Assembly (NCBI GenBank): GCA_009694295.1
Contig: SHVJ01000003.1
Location: 1-54,674, forward strand
Direction of reading: 5' to 3'
DNA: 54,674 nt
Source of the DNA: Acidimicrobiia bacterium
Lineage (GTDB): Bacteria > Actinomycetota > Acidimicrobiia > IMCC26256 > PALSA-555
In this document: positions 44,492-54,589 of the stretch, one piece after another
Numbering within the stretch: position 1 is the stretch's first letter
How the letters are laid out: every line of letters starts with the position of its first letter
Translations under genes and position numbers: made by a program
Notes under the pieces: generated by a model
What the model saw: only the letters and a program-made list of their open reading frames with translations
What the model was told of the DNA's origin: nothing
Database searches by the model: none

Positions 44492-47044
44492 CTAACGCCG
44501 ACCGCCACCGCGGCCGCCTCGACCGCCACGCCCGCCGCCGCCACCGCCGCCGCCGCGGCGAGGAGCTCCCCCGCCACCGCCGGTGCGAGCGGCTTCGGCC
44601 GGACCGAGGTCGCCGAACTCTTCCTTGGCCTGCGCTTCCCACTGGTCCTCGAACGACGCGACCGGAGCCGCCGAGCTCGAGCGCTCGGCGCGGTCGCCGT
44701 TTCCGGCTGGGGCGTCGCCATCGTCACCATCGGCGGTGGACTCGCGGGGTGCACGCTCGCTGCGCTCCCGGCGAGGCGGACGGTCGTCGCGGTCGCTGCC
44801 GCCACCGCCACCGCCACCACTGCCACCGCCGTCGCCATCCTCGCCCTCGGCACCGACGAGGCTCAACGAGAGCTTGCCGCCGTTGTCGATGTCGTCGACA
44901 CGAACCTCGACCTCGTCGCCGAGGTTGAGCACGTCTTCGACGCGGTCGATGCGCTTGCCACCGCCGAGCTTGGAGATGTGCAGGAGCCCATCACGCCCGG
45001 GAAGGATGTTCACGAACGCACCGAACTTCGTGATGTTCACAACGCGGCCCGTGTAGTTGGCGCCGAGCTCGGCGGTCGGCGGGTCGAGGATGAGCTCGAT
45101 GCGCCGCTTCGCCTCCTCGACGGCCAGGCCGTCGCGGGAACCGATCGACACGCGGCCGGCGACACCATCGTCGCTGACCGACACGTCGGCACCGGTCTCC
45201 TGAGTGATCGTGTTGATGACCTTCCCCTTGGGGCCGATCACCTCGCCGATCTTGTCCATCGGGATCTCGAAGCTGATGATCTTCGGTGCTGCCGGACGCA
45301 CGTCGGAGCGGGGCTCCGAGATCGCTGCGTTCATCACCTCGAGGATCTTCAGCCGTGCGTCCTTGGCCTGCAGAAGCGCCTTGGAGAGCACGTCGGCCGG
45401 GATGCCATCGATCTTCGTGTCGAGCTGGAGCGCGGTCACGAAGTCGCTGGTGCCGGCAACCTTGAAGTCCATGTCGCCGAACGCGTCCTCGGTGCCGAGG
45501 ATGTCGGTGAGCGTGACGTACTTGCCGTCCTGGAGCACCAGACCCATCGCGATGCCAGCGACCGGTGCCTTGATCGGCACACCACCGTCCATCAACGAGA
45601 GCGAGGAGCCACAGACCGACGCCATCGACGTCGAGCCGTTCGATGCGAGCACGTCGGAGACGACGCGCATCGTGTAGGCCCACTCTTCGGCGCTCGGGAG
45701 CACCGGCACGATCGCCCGTTCCGCGAGTGCACCGTGACCGATCTCGCGGCGCTTCGGTGAACCGACCCGGCCCGTCTCGCCAGTGGAGAACGGCGGGAAG
45801 TTGTAGTGGTGCATGTAGCGCTTGCGGTCGTCGACGCCGATCGTGTCGAGCATCTGCTCCATGCGAGGCATGCCGAGCGTCGCGACGCTGAGCACTTGGG
45901 TCTCGCCCCGCTGGAAGAGGCCGTCACCGTGCGACGTCGGGATGATCCCGACCTCGGACGAGATCGGCCGCAGGTCGGCGATGCCGCGCCCGTCGATGCG
46001 GACGCCTTCGTCGACGATGCGCGTGCGCACGATCTGCTTCTGCAGCGACCGGAACGCCTTCTTGAGCTCGCCACCGCGGCCGGCGAACGCACCCGGTGCA
46101 TCGGAGGTGCCCACGAGCTCACCGAGGAACGAGTCCTGGAGCTTGTCGAGCGCCTCGTTGCGGTCGTGCTTGTCGGCAACCTTCATGGCGTCGGACGTGC
46201 CGGCCTTTGCAGCCGCTTCGACCGCGGCGTACGCGTCGGGCTGGTAGTCGACGCTCGGCTCGTACGCCACCGCCGTGATCGGGCCACGAGCCGCGACGTA
46301 GTCCTTCACGAGCTGGTTCTGGAGACCGATCGAAGCCTTGATCCACTGCTTGGAGGCTTCGAGGCCTTCGGTGATCACCTCTTCGGTGACCTTCGGCGCG
46401 CCGCCCTCGTAGAGCTTCCACGTGGCGTCGGTGCCGCCGGCTTCCACCATCATGATGGCGACGTCGCCATCGGGCAGCTCGCGGCCGGCAACCACCATCT
46501 CGAAGGTCGACTCATCGCCCTCTTGATAGGTGGGATGCGCGATCCACTCGCCGTTGACCTGCGCGACGCGCACTGCGCCGATCGGGCCGTTGAACGGGAT
46601 GCCCGACACCATGAGCGCGGCCGACGCGCCGTTGATCGACGCGATGTCGTGCGGGTTCTCGAGGTCGGCGCCGAAGATCGTGGAGATCACCTGCACCTCG
46701 TTGCGGAACCCGTCGGGGAACGACGGGCGCAGCGGCCGGTCGGTGAGCCGACAGGTGAGGATCGCCTGCTCGCCCGGACGGCCCTCACGGCGGAAGAACG
46801 AGCCGGGGATCTTGCCCGCGGCGTACATGCGCTCTTCGACGTCGACCGTCAGGGGGAAGAAGTCGATGCCCTCTCGGGGCTTGGACGTGACGACCGTGGT
46901 GAGCAGGGTGGTCTCACCGAGCTGCACGACGACGGCGCCGTCGGCCAGCTGGGCGAGCTTGCCCGTCTCGAATGACATGGTCTTGCCGGCCGCATTGACT
47001 GGGCCGGAAACTCGGATGGCGCCAGACCCGTTGGAATTGGGCAT
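44492..47044 (-). CDS. pnp: Polyribonucleotide nucleotidyltransferase
   Basis: FETGKLAQLADG, DFFPLTVD, RYMHHYNFPPFS, SNGSTSMASVC, GDMDFKVAG, KH and S1 domains, Gly/Arg-rich tail. Confidence 0.98.
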   Translation of the reverse strand: MPNSNGSGAIRVSGPVNAAGKTMSFETGKLAQLADGAVVVQLGETTLLTTVVTSKPREGIDFFPLTVDVEERMYAAGKIPGSFFRREGRPGEQAILTCRLTDRPLRPSFPDGFRNEVQVISTIFGADLENPHDIASINGASAALMVSGIPFNGPIGAVRVAQVNGEWIAHPTYQEGDESTFEMVVAGRELPDGDVAIMMVEAGGTDATWKLYEGGAPKVTEEVITEGLEASKQWIKASIGLQNQLVKDYVAARGPITAVAYEPSVDYQPDAYAAVEAAAKAGTSDAMKVADKHDRNEALDKLQDSFLGELVGTSDAPGAFAGRGGELKKAFRSLQKQIVRTRIVDEGVRIDGRGIADLRPISSEVGIIPTSHGDGLFQRGETQVLSVATLGMPRMEQMLDTIGVDDRKRYMHHYNFPPFSTGETGRVGSPKRREIGHGALAERAIVPVLPSAEEWAYTMRVVSDVLASNGSTSMASVCGSSLSLMDGGVPIKAPVAGIAMGLVLQDGKYVTLTDILGTEDAFGDMDFKVAGTSDFVTALQLDTKIDGIPADVLSKALLQAKDARLKILEVMNAAISEPRSDVRPAAPKIISFEIPMDKIGEVIGPKGKVINTITQETGADVSVSDDGVAGRVSIGSRDGLAVEEAKRRIELILDPPTAELGANYTGRVVNITKFGAFVNILPGRDGLLHISKLGGGKRIDRVEDVLNLGDEVEVRVDDIDNGGKLSLSLVGAEGEDGDGGGSGGGGGGGSDRDDRPPRRERSERAPRESTADGDDGDAPAGNGDRAERSSSAAPVASFEDQWEAQAKEEFGDLGPAEAARTGGGGGAPRRGGGGGGGGRGGRGGRGGGRR

Positions 47045-47085
47045 GGAATGCCGCTCCTCTCATTTGTGGCGAGAGCGGCGGTTCC

Positions 47086-47140
47086 CAGTTGGCAGGGTCC
47101 GAGCTCGACACTTGGGGTCGAACTCGGGCACTGGCGACTG
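47086..47140 (-). promoter_or_regulatory. Long imperfect stem in the pnp leader, candidate RNase III processing site
   Basis: CAGTTGGCAGGGTCCGAGCTCGAC...GTCGAACTCGGGCACTGGCGACTG. RNase III stems between rpsO and pnp are known in E. coli and Streptomyces. Confidence 0.55.
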
Positions 47141-47178
47141 AGCACCGGCGCCGCTCGCGTGCTCTCGTCTACGCGAGA

Positions 47179-47203
47179 CGGGGAGCGGGCGTTCCGCTCC
47201 CCG
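47179..47203 (-). terminator. Hairpin downstream of rpsO
   Basis: CGGGGAGCGG-gcgtt-CCGCTCCCCG. Confidence 0.6.
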
Positions 47204-47221
47204 AGGTATTGCGGTTGGTCC

Positions 47222-47479
47222 TTACCGGCGAAGACCCAGCTTGGCGATCAAGGCTCGATACCGCTCGACATCGTTGTGCCGGAGGTAGTCGAGCAGCCGA
47301 CGACGTTGCCCCACCAACATGAGCAACCCACGGCGCGAGTGATGGTCCTTACCGTGGACCTTCAAGTGCTCCGTGAGGTGGTTGACCCGCTCCGTAAGGA
47401 GCGCAACCTGGACCTCCGCCGAGCCGGTATCGGTCTCGTGGCGGCGGTGCTCGGTGATCGTGGCAGCTTTGTCGGGCAT
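47222..47479 (-). CDS. rpsO: 30S ribosomal protein S15
   Basis: [51 protein letters not shown]. Confidence 0.98.
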   Translation of the reverse strand: MPDKAATITEHRRHETDTGSAEVQVALLTERVNHLTEHLKVHGKDHHSRRGLLMLVGQRRRLLDYLRHNDVERYRALIAKLGLRR

Positions 47480-47621
47480 GCGTTGCTGAAGTCTCTTTGC
47501 GGTGGAAGGTGTCCTGCCGGACGGCCGGAACCCATGCAGGGTACCAGGGACGGTGCCCATTGGACACATGGAGCCTCGTGAAGGCTGGAACCAGGGCAAT
47601 CGTGGCAACGTCAGAGGGATC

Positions 47622-48419
47622 ATGAGACTCCGAATCGCGCTCCCCATCCTCCTCCTTTCTCTCTCCCTCCTCGGCACCGGCTCGGCTGGTGCCGCGTCGC
47701 CATCTGGCGGGGCCCAGCCGGTCATCCAAGTGGACACGAATGGAGGGTTCGTGCCCTTCGAGGTCATGCAGGGCAACGTGCCCGAGGTGACCGTGACTGC
47801 CGACGGGCGTGTCATCACCGAGGGGCCACGGAAAAGCTACGACCGGATGGCCCGATTTCGGGTGGCGCGCATCGACGACGCACGCATCCAGGAGCTGATC
47901 GATCGAGCTCGAGAGATCGGCCTGCTCACCAAGGACGAGGCGCTCGACTACGGACAACCGGGCGTCACCGACATGCCCGACACCACCGTGACGATCACCG
48001 TCGACGGCGACACGTTCTCCACTTCGGTGTACGCGCTCAGCTTCGACTCCAACGACCTCACACCCGAGCAGCAGGGCAACCGAGACGCGCTCCAAGCGTT
48101 CATCGCTGAGGTTGCCGACGCGAGCCCACGTCGGCCCTACGAGGTGAAACGACTTGCAGTGCTCGCGACTCGTGCGGAAGACGGCGCAACCGGAAATGCC
48201 GTGGAGTGGCCGTTGGACGACCTCGCAACAACGGGCGAGCCGGCGCAACTCGGCGAGCGGTGCCTCATCGTGAGCGGCGACGACCTCGACGCAGTGCTCC
48301 CGCTCGCGAAGAGTGCTCACTTCGGCACGCTGTGGCAGTCGGCCGACAAGAACTGGCGTCTCGTCTTCCGCCCGCTCCTCTCCCAGGAGCGCACCTGCAA
48401 GGACATCAACGCCGTCTGA
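47622..48419 (+). CDS. Secreted hypothetical protein
   Basis: Signal peptide [24 protein letters not shown]; GGFVP...[12 protein letters not shown]...[12 protein letters not shown]...FRPLL. Confidence 0.8.
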   Translation: MRLRIALPILLLSLSLLGTGSAGAASPSGGAQPVIQVDTNGGFVPFEVMQGNVPEVTVTADGRVITEGPRKSYDRMARFRVARIDDARIQELIDRAREIGLLTKDEALDYGQPGVTDMPDTTVTITVDGDTFSTSVYALSFDSNDLTPEQQGNRDALQAFIAEVADASPRRPYEVKRLAVLATRAEDGATGNAVEWPLDDLATTGEPAQLGERCLIVSGDDLDAVLPLAKSAHFGTLWQSADKNWRLVFRPLLSQERTCKDINAV

Positions 48420-48433
48420 CCCCGTGCCCGTTT

Positions 48434-49405
48434 CTAGGGAGTGAGCATGCGGCGGGCGACTTCTATGTCGCGTTGCATCTGGGCGACGAGCGCGTCGACG
48501 GAGTCGAACTGCTCTTCGCCGCGGATGCGGTCGACGAAACGCACCTCGACCTGCTGGTCGTAGAGGTCGCCGTCGAAGTCGAGGACGAACGCCTCGAGCA
48601 GCGACTTCTTGGCGTCCACATAGAACGTCGGACGGCGGCCGAGCGAGAGTGCGGCGTTGCGCTCGACGCCGTCCTCGGCCACGAACGTTCCCGCGTAGAT
48701 ACCGTCGGCGGGGAGGCACACCCGTTCCGGCACCGCGACGTTGGCCGTCGGGAAGCCGAGCTCACGGCCACGCGCGTCGCCATGCTCGACGGAGCCGCGC
48801 ACCGAATGCGGACGCGGCGGTCGCCCCTGCATCTGGGCCGCCTTGGCCACGTCGCCCGCGGCGAGCAGCTCCCGGATCCGCGTCGACGAATACGGCAGCC
48901 CCGACGAGTCGCGCTCGGCGGTGACCAACCCGAGCCCGACCACCTCGAACCCGAGCTCGGCACCTATCTGCTCGAGCAGTCGGACCGTGCCGTGGCGCTT
49001 GTGCCCGAAGTGGAAGTCGGCGCCGACCACCACGAGTCGCGCACCGAGGCCCTCGACGAGCACGTCGCGCACGAACTCCTCTGCTGGCTCCTTGCTGCGC
49101 GCTTCGTCGAACGTGAGCACGCAGATCGTGTCGAGGAATCCCGTGGCTTCGAGCAGCTCGAGCTTGTGGTCGAGCGGGGTGAGCACCTTGGGCGCCGACT
49201 CCGGCCGCACGACCTCGGCAGGATGGCGATCGAACGTCAGGCACACGGCCTCAAGATCTCGCGCCGTCGCGAGCTCGCGCACCAGCCGCAGCACCGCTTG
49301 GTGACCGAGATGCACGCCGTCGTACGCGCCGATCGTCACCACCGCGCCGCGCGCCGACGGCTCGTACCCAACGAGGTCCTGCACGACCCGGATCTCGCTC
49401 ATCAC
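48434..49405 (-). CDS. ribF: Bifunctional riboflavin kinase/FAD synthetase
   Basis: TIGAYDGVHLGHQ, VGADFHFG, SSTRIR, GRELGFPTAN, GRRPTF. Confidence 0.96.
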   Translation of the reverse strand: MMSEIRVVQDLVGYEPSARGAVVTIGAYDGVHLGHQAVLRLVRELATARDLEAVCLTFDRHPAEVVRPESAPKVLTPLDHKLELLEATGFLDTICVLTFDEARSKEPAEEFVRDVLVEGLGARLVVVGADFHFGHKRHGTVRLLEQIGAELGFEVVGLGLVTAERDSSGLPYSSTRIRELLAAGDVAKAAQMQGRPPRPHSVRGSVEHGDARGRELGFPTANVAVPERVCLPADGIYAGTFVAEDGVERNAALSLGRRPTFYVDAKKSLLEAFVLDFDGDLYDQQVEVRFVDRIRGEEQFDSVDALVAQMQRDIEVARRMLTP

Positions 49406-50280
49406 TCACCTGCCACGACCACGGCGGGCTTCATGCCGGCACCGTGGCGCTCGTAGACCGCGAGCAGGTCGCCGTCGGGATCGATCACCGCGAACGGTCC
49501 GTCACCCGACTCTCCAAGTGCGCTGGCCGCGAACGTCATGCCGTGGCGGATGCCACGCGCCGCCTCGGCGTCGACCTTGAGCATCTCGAGGTCACGCATC
49601 GCCTCGCGCGGCGACACCATCGCCGCGCCGGGATCGGCTTCGATCGCCTCGATCGTGTGCGCCTCGCCCAATCCAAACGACCCGACGCGAAGACGGCGCA
49701 ACGTCTCGACGTGTGCGCACCCACCGAGTGCGGCGCCGAGGTCGGCGGCCAGCGTACGGATGTAGGTGCCCGAGCCGCACTCGACCCGGATCGTCGCCAT
49801 CGGGAACGGTCCCGGCTCGACGGCCTCCACATCGATCTGGTCGATGTGGACCGGACGGGGCGCGCGCTCGATCTCCTCACCTCGACGGGCCAGGTCGTGG
49901 AGTCGGCGTCCGCCCACCTTGATCGCCGAGACCATCGGCGGCACCTGCTCGATGTCACCGATGAATCGTTCGGCGGCGCGCTCGACCTGCTCGCGCGAGA
50001 TCTCCATCTCCTGGCGATCGAGCACGTCACCCGCGGCGTCGAGTGTGCTCGTGGCCACGCCGAAGCGAACGTCGGCGCGGTACTCCTTCGTGGTCTCCTG
50101 CAGGAAGCGCATGAGACGGGTCACGCGCCCGAGGCCGACGAGCAACACACCCGTGGCGTCGGGGTCGAGCGTCCCCGCGTGGCCCACGCGCTTCTGGCCG
50201 TAGGCCTTGCGCATCTTCGCCACGATGTCATGCGAGGTGAAGCCGGCCGGCTTGTCGACGACGACCAGCCCGCTCAGCAC
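49402..50280 (-). CDS. truB: tRNA pseudouridine-55 synthase
   Basis: VDKPAGFTSHD, VGHAGTLDPDATGVL, QVPPMVSAIKVGG, CGSGTYIRTLA. Confidence 0.96.
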   Translation of the reverse strand: MLSGLVVVDKPAGFTSHDIVAKMRKAYGQKRVGHAGTLDPDATGVLLVGLGRVTRLMRFLQETTKEYRADVRFGVATSTLDAAGDVLDRQEMEISREQVERAAERFIGDIEQVPPMVSAIKVGGRRLHDLARRGEEIERAPRPVHIDQIDVEAVEPGPFPMATIRVECGSGTYIRTLAADLGAALGGCAHVETLRRLRVGSFGLGEAHTIEAIEADPGAAMVSPREAMRDLEMLKVDAEAARGIRHGMTFAASALGESGDGPFAVIDPDGDLLAVYERHGAGMKPAVVVAGE

Positions 50281-50336
50281 CGTGGCTCGCTCTCTATGGT
50301 GCAGGAATCCGGCACCACGGTCGTTCGTTCGCGCAC

Positions 50337-51323
50337 TTAGAGGGCCGCGCGCACACGCGCCACGACGTCGGGGATCGAGAGATCCGACGAGAATCCGGCC
50401 GCGAATCGGTGCCCGCCGCCACCGTGCGCTTCGGCGATGCGGCGGACGTCGACCACGCCCAGCGAACGCAGGCTGACCCGCACCGTGCCGTCGACCTCTT
50501 CCTTGAGCACGCACGTGACCTCGGCTTCGCTCGTGCGGCGCAGGATGTCGATGAGCCCTTCGACTTCCTCCATCTGCACGTCGTGCTTCGTGAGCAGCTC
50601 CTGGGTGATCGCGGTCCAGACGAAGCGCTCCTCACGCACCAACTCGGCCGAAGCCAGCGCGTCACCGAGGAGGCGGAGATAGGTGAAGCGATGCTCCTCG
50701 AACAACGTGCGGCTGAGGCGCGACACCGGCACGTCGAACTCGGTGAGGCGCCGCGCCATGTCGAACACCGCGGGCGTGGTGGTGTCGTACTGGAAGCGCC
50801 CGGTGTCGCAGACGAGCGCGGCATACAGGCACACGGCCGCGTCGCGGTTCAAGGGCAGGCCCATCTCGTCGACGAGACGCAACACCACCCATCCGCTCGC
50901 CGCCGCTTCTGGCTCGACCAAGTTGATGGAGCCGTACCGGTCGTTCGAGATGTGGTGATCGATGACGATGAGCTCGCGCGCGGCCTTGGCCGGGCGATCG
51001 AGGTCGCCGAGCCGCGCCAACGAGCCGCAGTCGAACGTGACCATCACATCGGGTTCTTCCGGGAACTCCTCCGGCTGGGTGAGCAGGTCGAGTCCGGGGA
51101 TCTCGCGGTAATGCGGCGCCACGATGAACGGCGGCGGGAACGACGCGACCACGTTGCGGCCGGCCGCGCGCAGCACATGGAACAGCCCGAGCATCGAGCC
51201 GAGTGCGTCGCCATCGGGCGCCACGTGACATGCGAGCGCCACCTGGGCCGCGTTGTCGATCGCGTAGGCGGCCTCCGCGAGCAGAACGTCTTCCGCAGGC
51301 AGGTTCGTGGGCTTTGGAGACAT
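50337..51323 (-). CDS. nrnA: DHH/DHHA1 phosphoesterase (NrnA-like)
   Basis: HVAPDGDALGS, IDHH, DTGRF, SLRS, GGGGHRFAAG. Confidence 0.88.
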   Translation of the reverse strand: MSPKPTNLPAEDVLLAEAAYAIDNAAQVALACHVAPDGDALGSMLGLFHVLRAAGRNVVASFPPPFIVAPHYREIPGLDLLTQPEEFPEEPDVMVTFDCGSLARLGDLDRPAKAARELIVIDHHISNDRYGSINLVEPEAAASGWVVLRLVDEMGLPLNRDAAVCLYAALVCDTGRFQYDTTTPAVFDMARRLTEFDVPVSRLSRTLFEEHRFTYLRLLGDALASAELVREERFVWTAITQELLTKHDVQMEEVEGLIDILRRTSEAEVTCVLKEEVDGTVRVSLRSLGVVDVRRIAEAHGGGGHRFAAGFSSDLSIPDVVARVRAAL

Positions 51324-51709
51324 CAGTCGTCCTGATCACTGTGGAGTTTGGTGCGGTCATCGGAGTCGCGGTGAAGGTCGCGGATGATCTCCTCGACCCG
51401 CTGACCGGTCTCAATGGCCGGGTCTTCGCGGAAGTGGAGCTCTGGAAGGTACTTCAGCCGTACCTGACGTCCGAGAGTCGCGCGCATCCTGGGGCCGGCG
51501 GAGCGCAGTGCCGTCGCGACATCGTCGTCGTGCCGGTCGGGCGAGGCGTAGAAGACCGTGGCGTGCCGCAAATCGGGGCTCACATTGACGCCGGTGATCG
51601 TCACCATCTCGAGTCGCGGGTCGGACAGCCGCTCCAAATCATCAGCGAGGGCCTCACGCACAACCTCGTTGATGCGCAGCGTGCGAGCGAAACGCCGTTG
51701 CGACGGCAT
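51323..51709 (-). CDS. rbfA: Ribosome-binding factor A
   Basis: DPRLEMVTITGVNVSPDLRHATVF, LKYLPELHFRED. Confidence 0.95.
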   Translation of the reverse strand: MPSQRRFARTLRINEVVREALADDLERLSDPRLEMVTITGVNVSPDLRHATVFYASPDRHDDDVATALRSAGPRMRATLGRQVRLKYLPELHFREDPAIETGQRVEEIIRDLHRDSDDRTKLHSDQDD

Positions 51710-52020
51710 CAGACCTCGCCAAGCGTTGCGCTGTCGGAGTCGAGCCACGCGGTCTCGATGTCGAGCAGCTCGACGTTCGGGGCATTGGCGACCAGCCGCT
51801 CCACCGACGCCAGCACCTCCCGCAGATGCCCGTCGCTCTCGGCGACCACCGCGACGGCGATGGCTGCCCGCTGCCATGTGTCCTGGTGGTCGACCTCGGA
51901 AACCGAGACGTGGTGACGGTGCCGGAGCCCGTCGACGATCGGACGGATCGCGGCGCGCTTGGTCTTCAACGACCGGGATTCCGGCACGAAGAGCTCGAAG
52001 CGGACCGCGGCGGCATGCAT
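51709..52020 (-). CDS. DUF503 (YlxP-like) protein
   Basis: PESRSLKTKR...VSVSEVDHQDTWQRA; usually found between infB and rbfA. Confidence 0.9.
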   Translation of the reverse strand: MHAAAVRFELFVPESRSLKTKRAAIRPIVDGLRHRHHVSVSEVDHQDTWQRAAIAVAVVAESDGHLREVLASVERLVANAPNVELLDIETAWLDSDSATLGEV

Positions 52021-52105
52021 ACCTCTCAATTGTGCCGCATGGCGCGTCTGCGCAGGTCACGGTAGGTATCCGGGTCGCCGTGGTCACAAGAACGGCCGTT
52101 TGTGG

Positions 52106-53242
52106 TCACGGCGCGACGGCACGCACTCGCGCAAGGGAATGCTCATCCACGTGCGTGTACCGCCCCAGGCTCATTTCCGGAGTGTGCCCCATCACGGCCG
52201 AGACGACATGCGCCGGGAGTCCGGCGTCGTACAGGGCTGTCTCTCGGGCGTGACGCAGGCCGTGGAGGCTCGTCTTGGGTAGCCCACTCGTCGCGGCGCG
52301 GCGCGCAAATCTCTTCGTGATGCTGCCCGGGCTGCGTGGTTGTCCGTTCTGGTCGGGAAACACGAGGTCGGGATCGGGCCGGACTCCGAGGCGCAGCCAC
52401 CGTGCCGTCAACTCTCGACGCTGTGCGGCCAGTATCGAGCACGTCGTCGGATCGATAGGCACCGTCCGTACGCTGAGGTGACTCTTGGGTTCGCCGAACA
52501 CATGCTCACGCGCCACAGTGACCAGGCCCGCTCGCACGTCGATCGTCCCTCCGTTGAGGTCGACCCTCTCCCAGGAAAGCGCGAGTAGCTCGCCGCGCCG
52601 CATCCCGCTCCTCGCGGCGGTGTGCCAGAGCGCGTAATCCACGTCGTCCGCGACATAGGTGAGGAAGGCTTCGACCTGCAGCGCCGTCCAGGTCGGCTTC
52701 TCGCTGCGGACCTGCGCGGGCACGGTGGCACGCGCCGCAACGTTCTGTCGCACGATGCCCTTTCGGTATGCCCAACTCAGCGTGCCGCTCACGAGTCCAT
52801 GCACAAGCCTGACGGTGCTGGCAGCGAGTGGACGGCCCCCGCGACCGCCTCGGGCCAAAAGCGTGCCGTACAGCCCGTCGATGTGGTCGGGCCGGAGATC
52901 CTGCACGAGGAGGTTTCCGAGCGTCGGCGCGATCCGCGTAGCCAACAGGTAGCCGTAGTTCTCGGCGGTGGTCGGCCGAATCTTCGCCATCTCGAGCTGG
53001 GATTCGATGTACCGCCTGATGGTCTCGGCAACGGTCAGCTTCGAGGGTGCAACGAAGGTGCCGTCCGCGACCTCGCGGGTGACCTCGTTGAGCGCGTCGA
53101 TGGCGTCGCGTTCCCTCTTGAACCCGCGCCGGCGGCGCTGCTTGCGCTTGCCTGTCTCAGGATCAGGGTCCACGTCGACCACATAGCCCCACGTCCCGCG
53201 CTGCTCGTCCTTTTCGATGCGTCCGCGCCTGGCGTTGTTCAT
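52106..53242 (-). CDS. Tyrosine recombinase/integrase with N-terminal arm-binding domain
   Basis: DPETGKRKQRRRRGF arm domain; SGMRRGELLAL, PKS, LHGLRH, MGH, RYTH give the R-K-H-R-H-Y set. Confidence 0.95.
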   Translation of the reverse strand: MNNARRGRIEKDEQRGTWGYVVDVDPDPETGKRKQRRRRGFKRERDAIDALNEVTREVADGTFVAPSKLTVAETIRRYIESQLEMAKIRPTTAENYGYLLATRIAPTLGNLLVQDLRPDHIDGLYGTLLARGGRGGRPLAASTVRLVHGLVSGTLSWAYRKGIVRQNVAARATVPAQVRSEKPTWTALQVEAFLTYVADDVDYALWHTAARSGMRRGELLALSWERVDLNGGTIDVRAGLVTVAREHVFGEPKSHLSVRTVPIDPTTCSILAAQRRELTARWLRLGVRPDPDLVFPDQNGQPRSPGSITKRFARRAATSGLPKTSLHGLRHARETALYDAGLPAHVVSAVMGHTPEMSLGRYTHVDEHSLARVRAVAP

Positions 53243-53853
53243 CGGGTCTCTTTCTGGTCGTCGCCCATTAGGTTGTCCTTGTCGAGAACATCGCTGGAGG
53301 GGTGCGCAAGCGCCTGAACAGTGCGTTTCGCGTCCTCAAGAACTTCGAGCATGCGCGATGCCAACTCGCCGGCGTCGCCCGCCTGCGTGAAGTCCACCGC
53401 GAACATCACGCTTACGGCGTCGCCAGGGACCTCAAGGAGCACCTGCCGTACGCCGGAGTGTGGGCGGTTCTCCAACGCAAAGAGATATTGGGATTTGGTC
53501 GTCTTGATCTCGTCCAGCGTCTGCTCGCCGGTTGCCCACTCCCACGCCTCGCGCCAGAGCACTCGCTTCGCCGGTACGAGGTCTACGTCACCTCCTGCTT
53601 CGACAGCCTGTTCGCGATCCATCAACAGCAGCCGGTTCGGCGTCACATCGAGCACGATCGCGAGCGCGATGAGGTCGTCAGCGTCGACGCGGCGGGTGCC
53701 CTGTTCAATCTTGGTGATCGCTGACGGGAGCATCGGGCGGCCGAGGTCCCCGAGTCGCCGGGACAGCTCGCGGACGGGGATGCGGCCGCGCAGCTTCTTG
53801 ACGTTCTCCGCGACCCTCTCGCCGGTCGTTCCCACCTTCGCGCCTGTTTCCAT
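53239..53853 (-). CDS. XRE-family HTH repressor
   Basis: VAENVKKLR...ELSRRL...AITKIEQGTRRVDADDLIALAIVLDVTP; overlaps the integrase start. Confidence 0.88.
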   Translation of the reverse strand: METGAKVGTTGERVAENVKKLRGRIPVRELSRRLGDLGRPMLPSAITKIEQGTRRVDADDLIALAIVLDVTPNRLLLMDREQAVEAGGDVDLVPAKRVLWREAWEWATGEQTLDEIKTTKSQYLFALENRPHSGVRQVLLEVPGDAVSVMFAVDFTQAGDAGELASRMLEVLEDAKRTVQALAHPSSDVLDKDNLMGDDQKETR

Positions 53854-53875
53854 CTTCGCATCATAACCGAGGTCC

Positions 53876-53933
53876 TTGCAAACAGTCAACACGGGATCTA
53901 CGGTGTTCGCAACTAGCCACGATCTGTTTGCGA
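53876..53933. promoter_or_regulatory. Candidate repressor operators in the divergent switch region
   Basis: TTGCAAACA (53876-53884) is inverted relative to TGTTCGCAA (53904-53912) and TGTTTGCGA (53925-53933). Confidence 0.5.
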
Positions 53934-53945
53934 AAGGCTCACAAC

Positions 53946-54131
53946 ATGGCCGAGAGGCTGCTGACCATCACCGAGGTCGCCGAGCGACTCCAAGTGCCGC
54001 CAGCCACGATCTACTACTGGCGGGGTCTCGGACGCGGACCGAGGGGCGCGAGAGTCGGCCGGCACGTCCGGTACCGCGAGGCCGACGTGGCCGACTACAT
54101 CGAGTGCATCTTCGCCGGGACTGCGACGTGA
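53946..54131 (+). CDS. Excisionase/AlpA-like HTH protein
   Basis: LLTITEVAERLQVPPATIYYWR..GRGP...RVGRHVRYREADV; GAAAGG RBS. Confidence 0.88.
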   Translation: MAERLLTITEVAERLQVPPATIYYWRGLGRGPRGARVGRHVRYREADVADYIECIFAGTAT

Positions 54132-54325
54132 TCCCGCTCGCCTCGGAGCGTCCCACCCTGACCGGCCGTGAAGTCGCGCCGCTGATCGGGTGCTCCTACT
54201 CGACGTTGATGCGAGCCGCCGCCGAGGGCAGAAGCCCGATCGCGTTCCTCCGGATTGGATCTCGCGTCGCGTTCGTCACATCCGACCTACGCAAGAAACT
54301 CGACCTCGACGCCGCGCCCGCATGA
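54128..54325 (+). CDS. Second Xis-like HTH protein
   Basis: PTLTGREVAPLIGCSYSTL..AAAEGRSP..FLRIGSR; GTGA overlap with the previous gene. Confidence 0.72.
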   Translation: MIPLASERPTLTGREVAPLIGCSYSTLMRAAAEGRSPIAFLRIGSRVAFVTSDLRKKLDLDAAPA

Positions 54326-54536
54326 CCACGCGCCCGGTCGATTGACCGTGATGCCACACCAGATCGCAACGAAGCGAAAGACGCGCGCGTCACAAGGCCA
54401 GCGCGTCTGACCGTGACCAAAGAGAAACGCCCCGCCCGGGTGCAACCGGGGGAGCGCCATCGACACCTGAAGAAGAAGGTTCAAGGTGACAACCGAGAAT
54501 GTACCAGAGAGCGCAGCTCTACCCCTGTAAACGCTC

Positions 54537-54589
54537 ATCGAAAACGGCGGCACTTGTGATCGGGTTTTGATTATCGAAAACGGCAGCAC
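54537..54589. repeat. 17-bp direct repeat ATCGAAAACGGC(G/A)GCAC, 36-bp period
   Basis: Copies at 54537 and 54573. Confidence 0.7.

Noticed and set aside
47480-47600. S15 leader RNA upstream of rpsO
   Set aside because: Plausible by position, but I could not match a defined structure by eye; it needs an Rfam search.
52021-52105. tRNA fragment as the integrase attachment site
   Set aside because: No T-arm (GTTCRA) or acceptor-stem remnant is visible.
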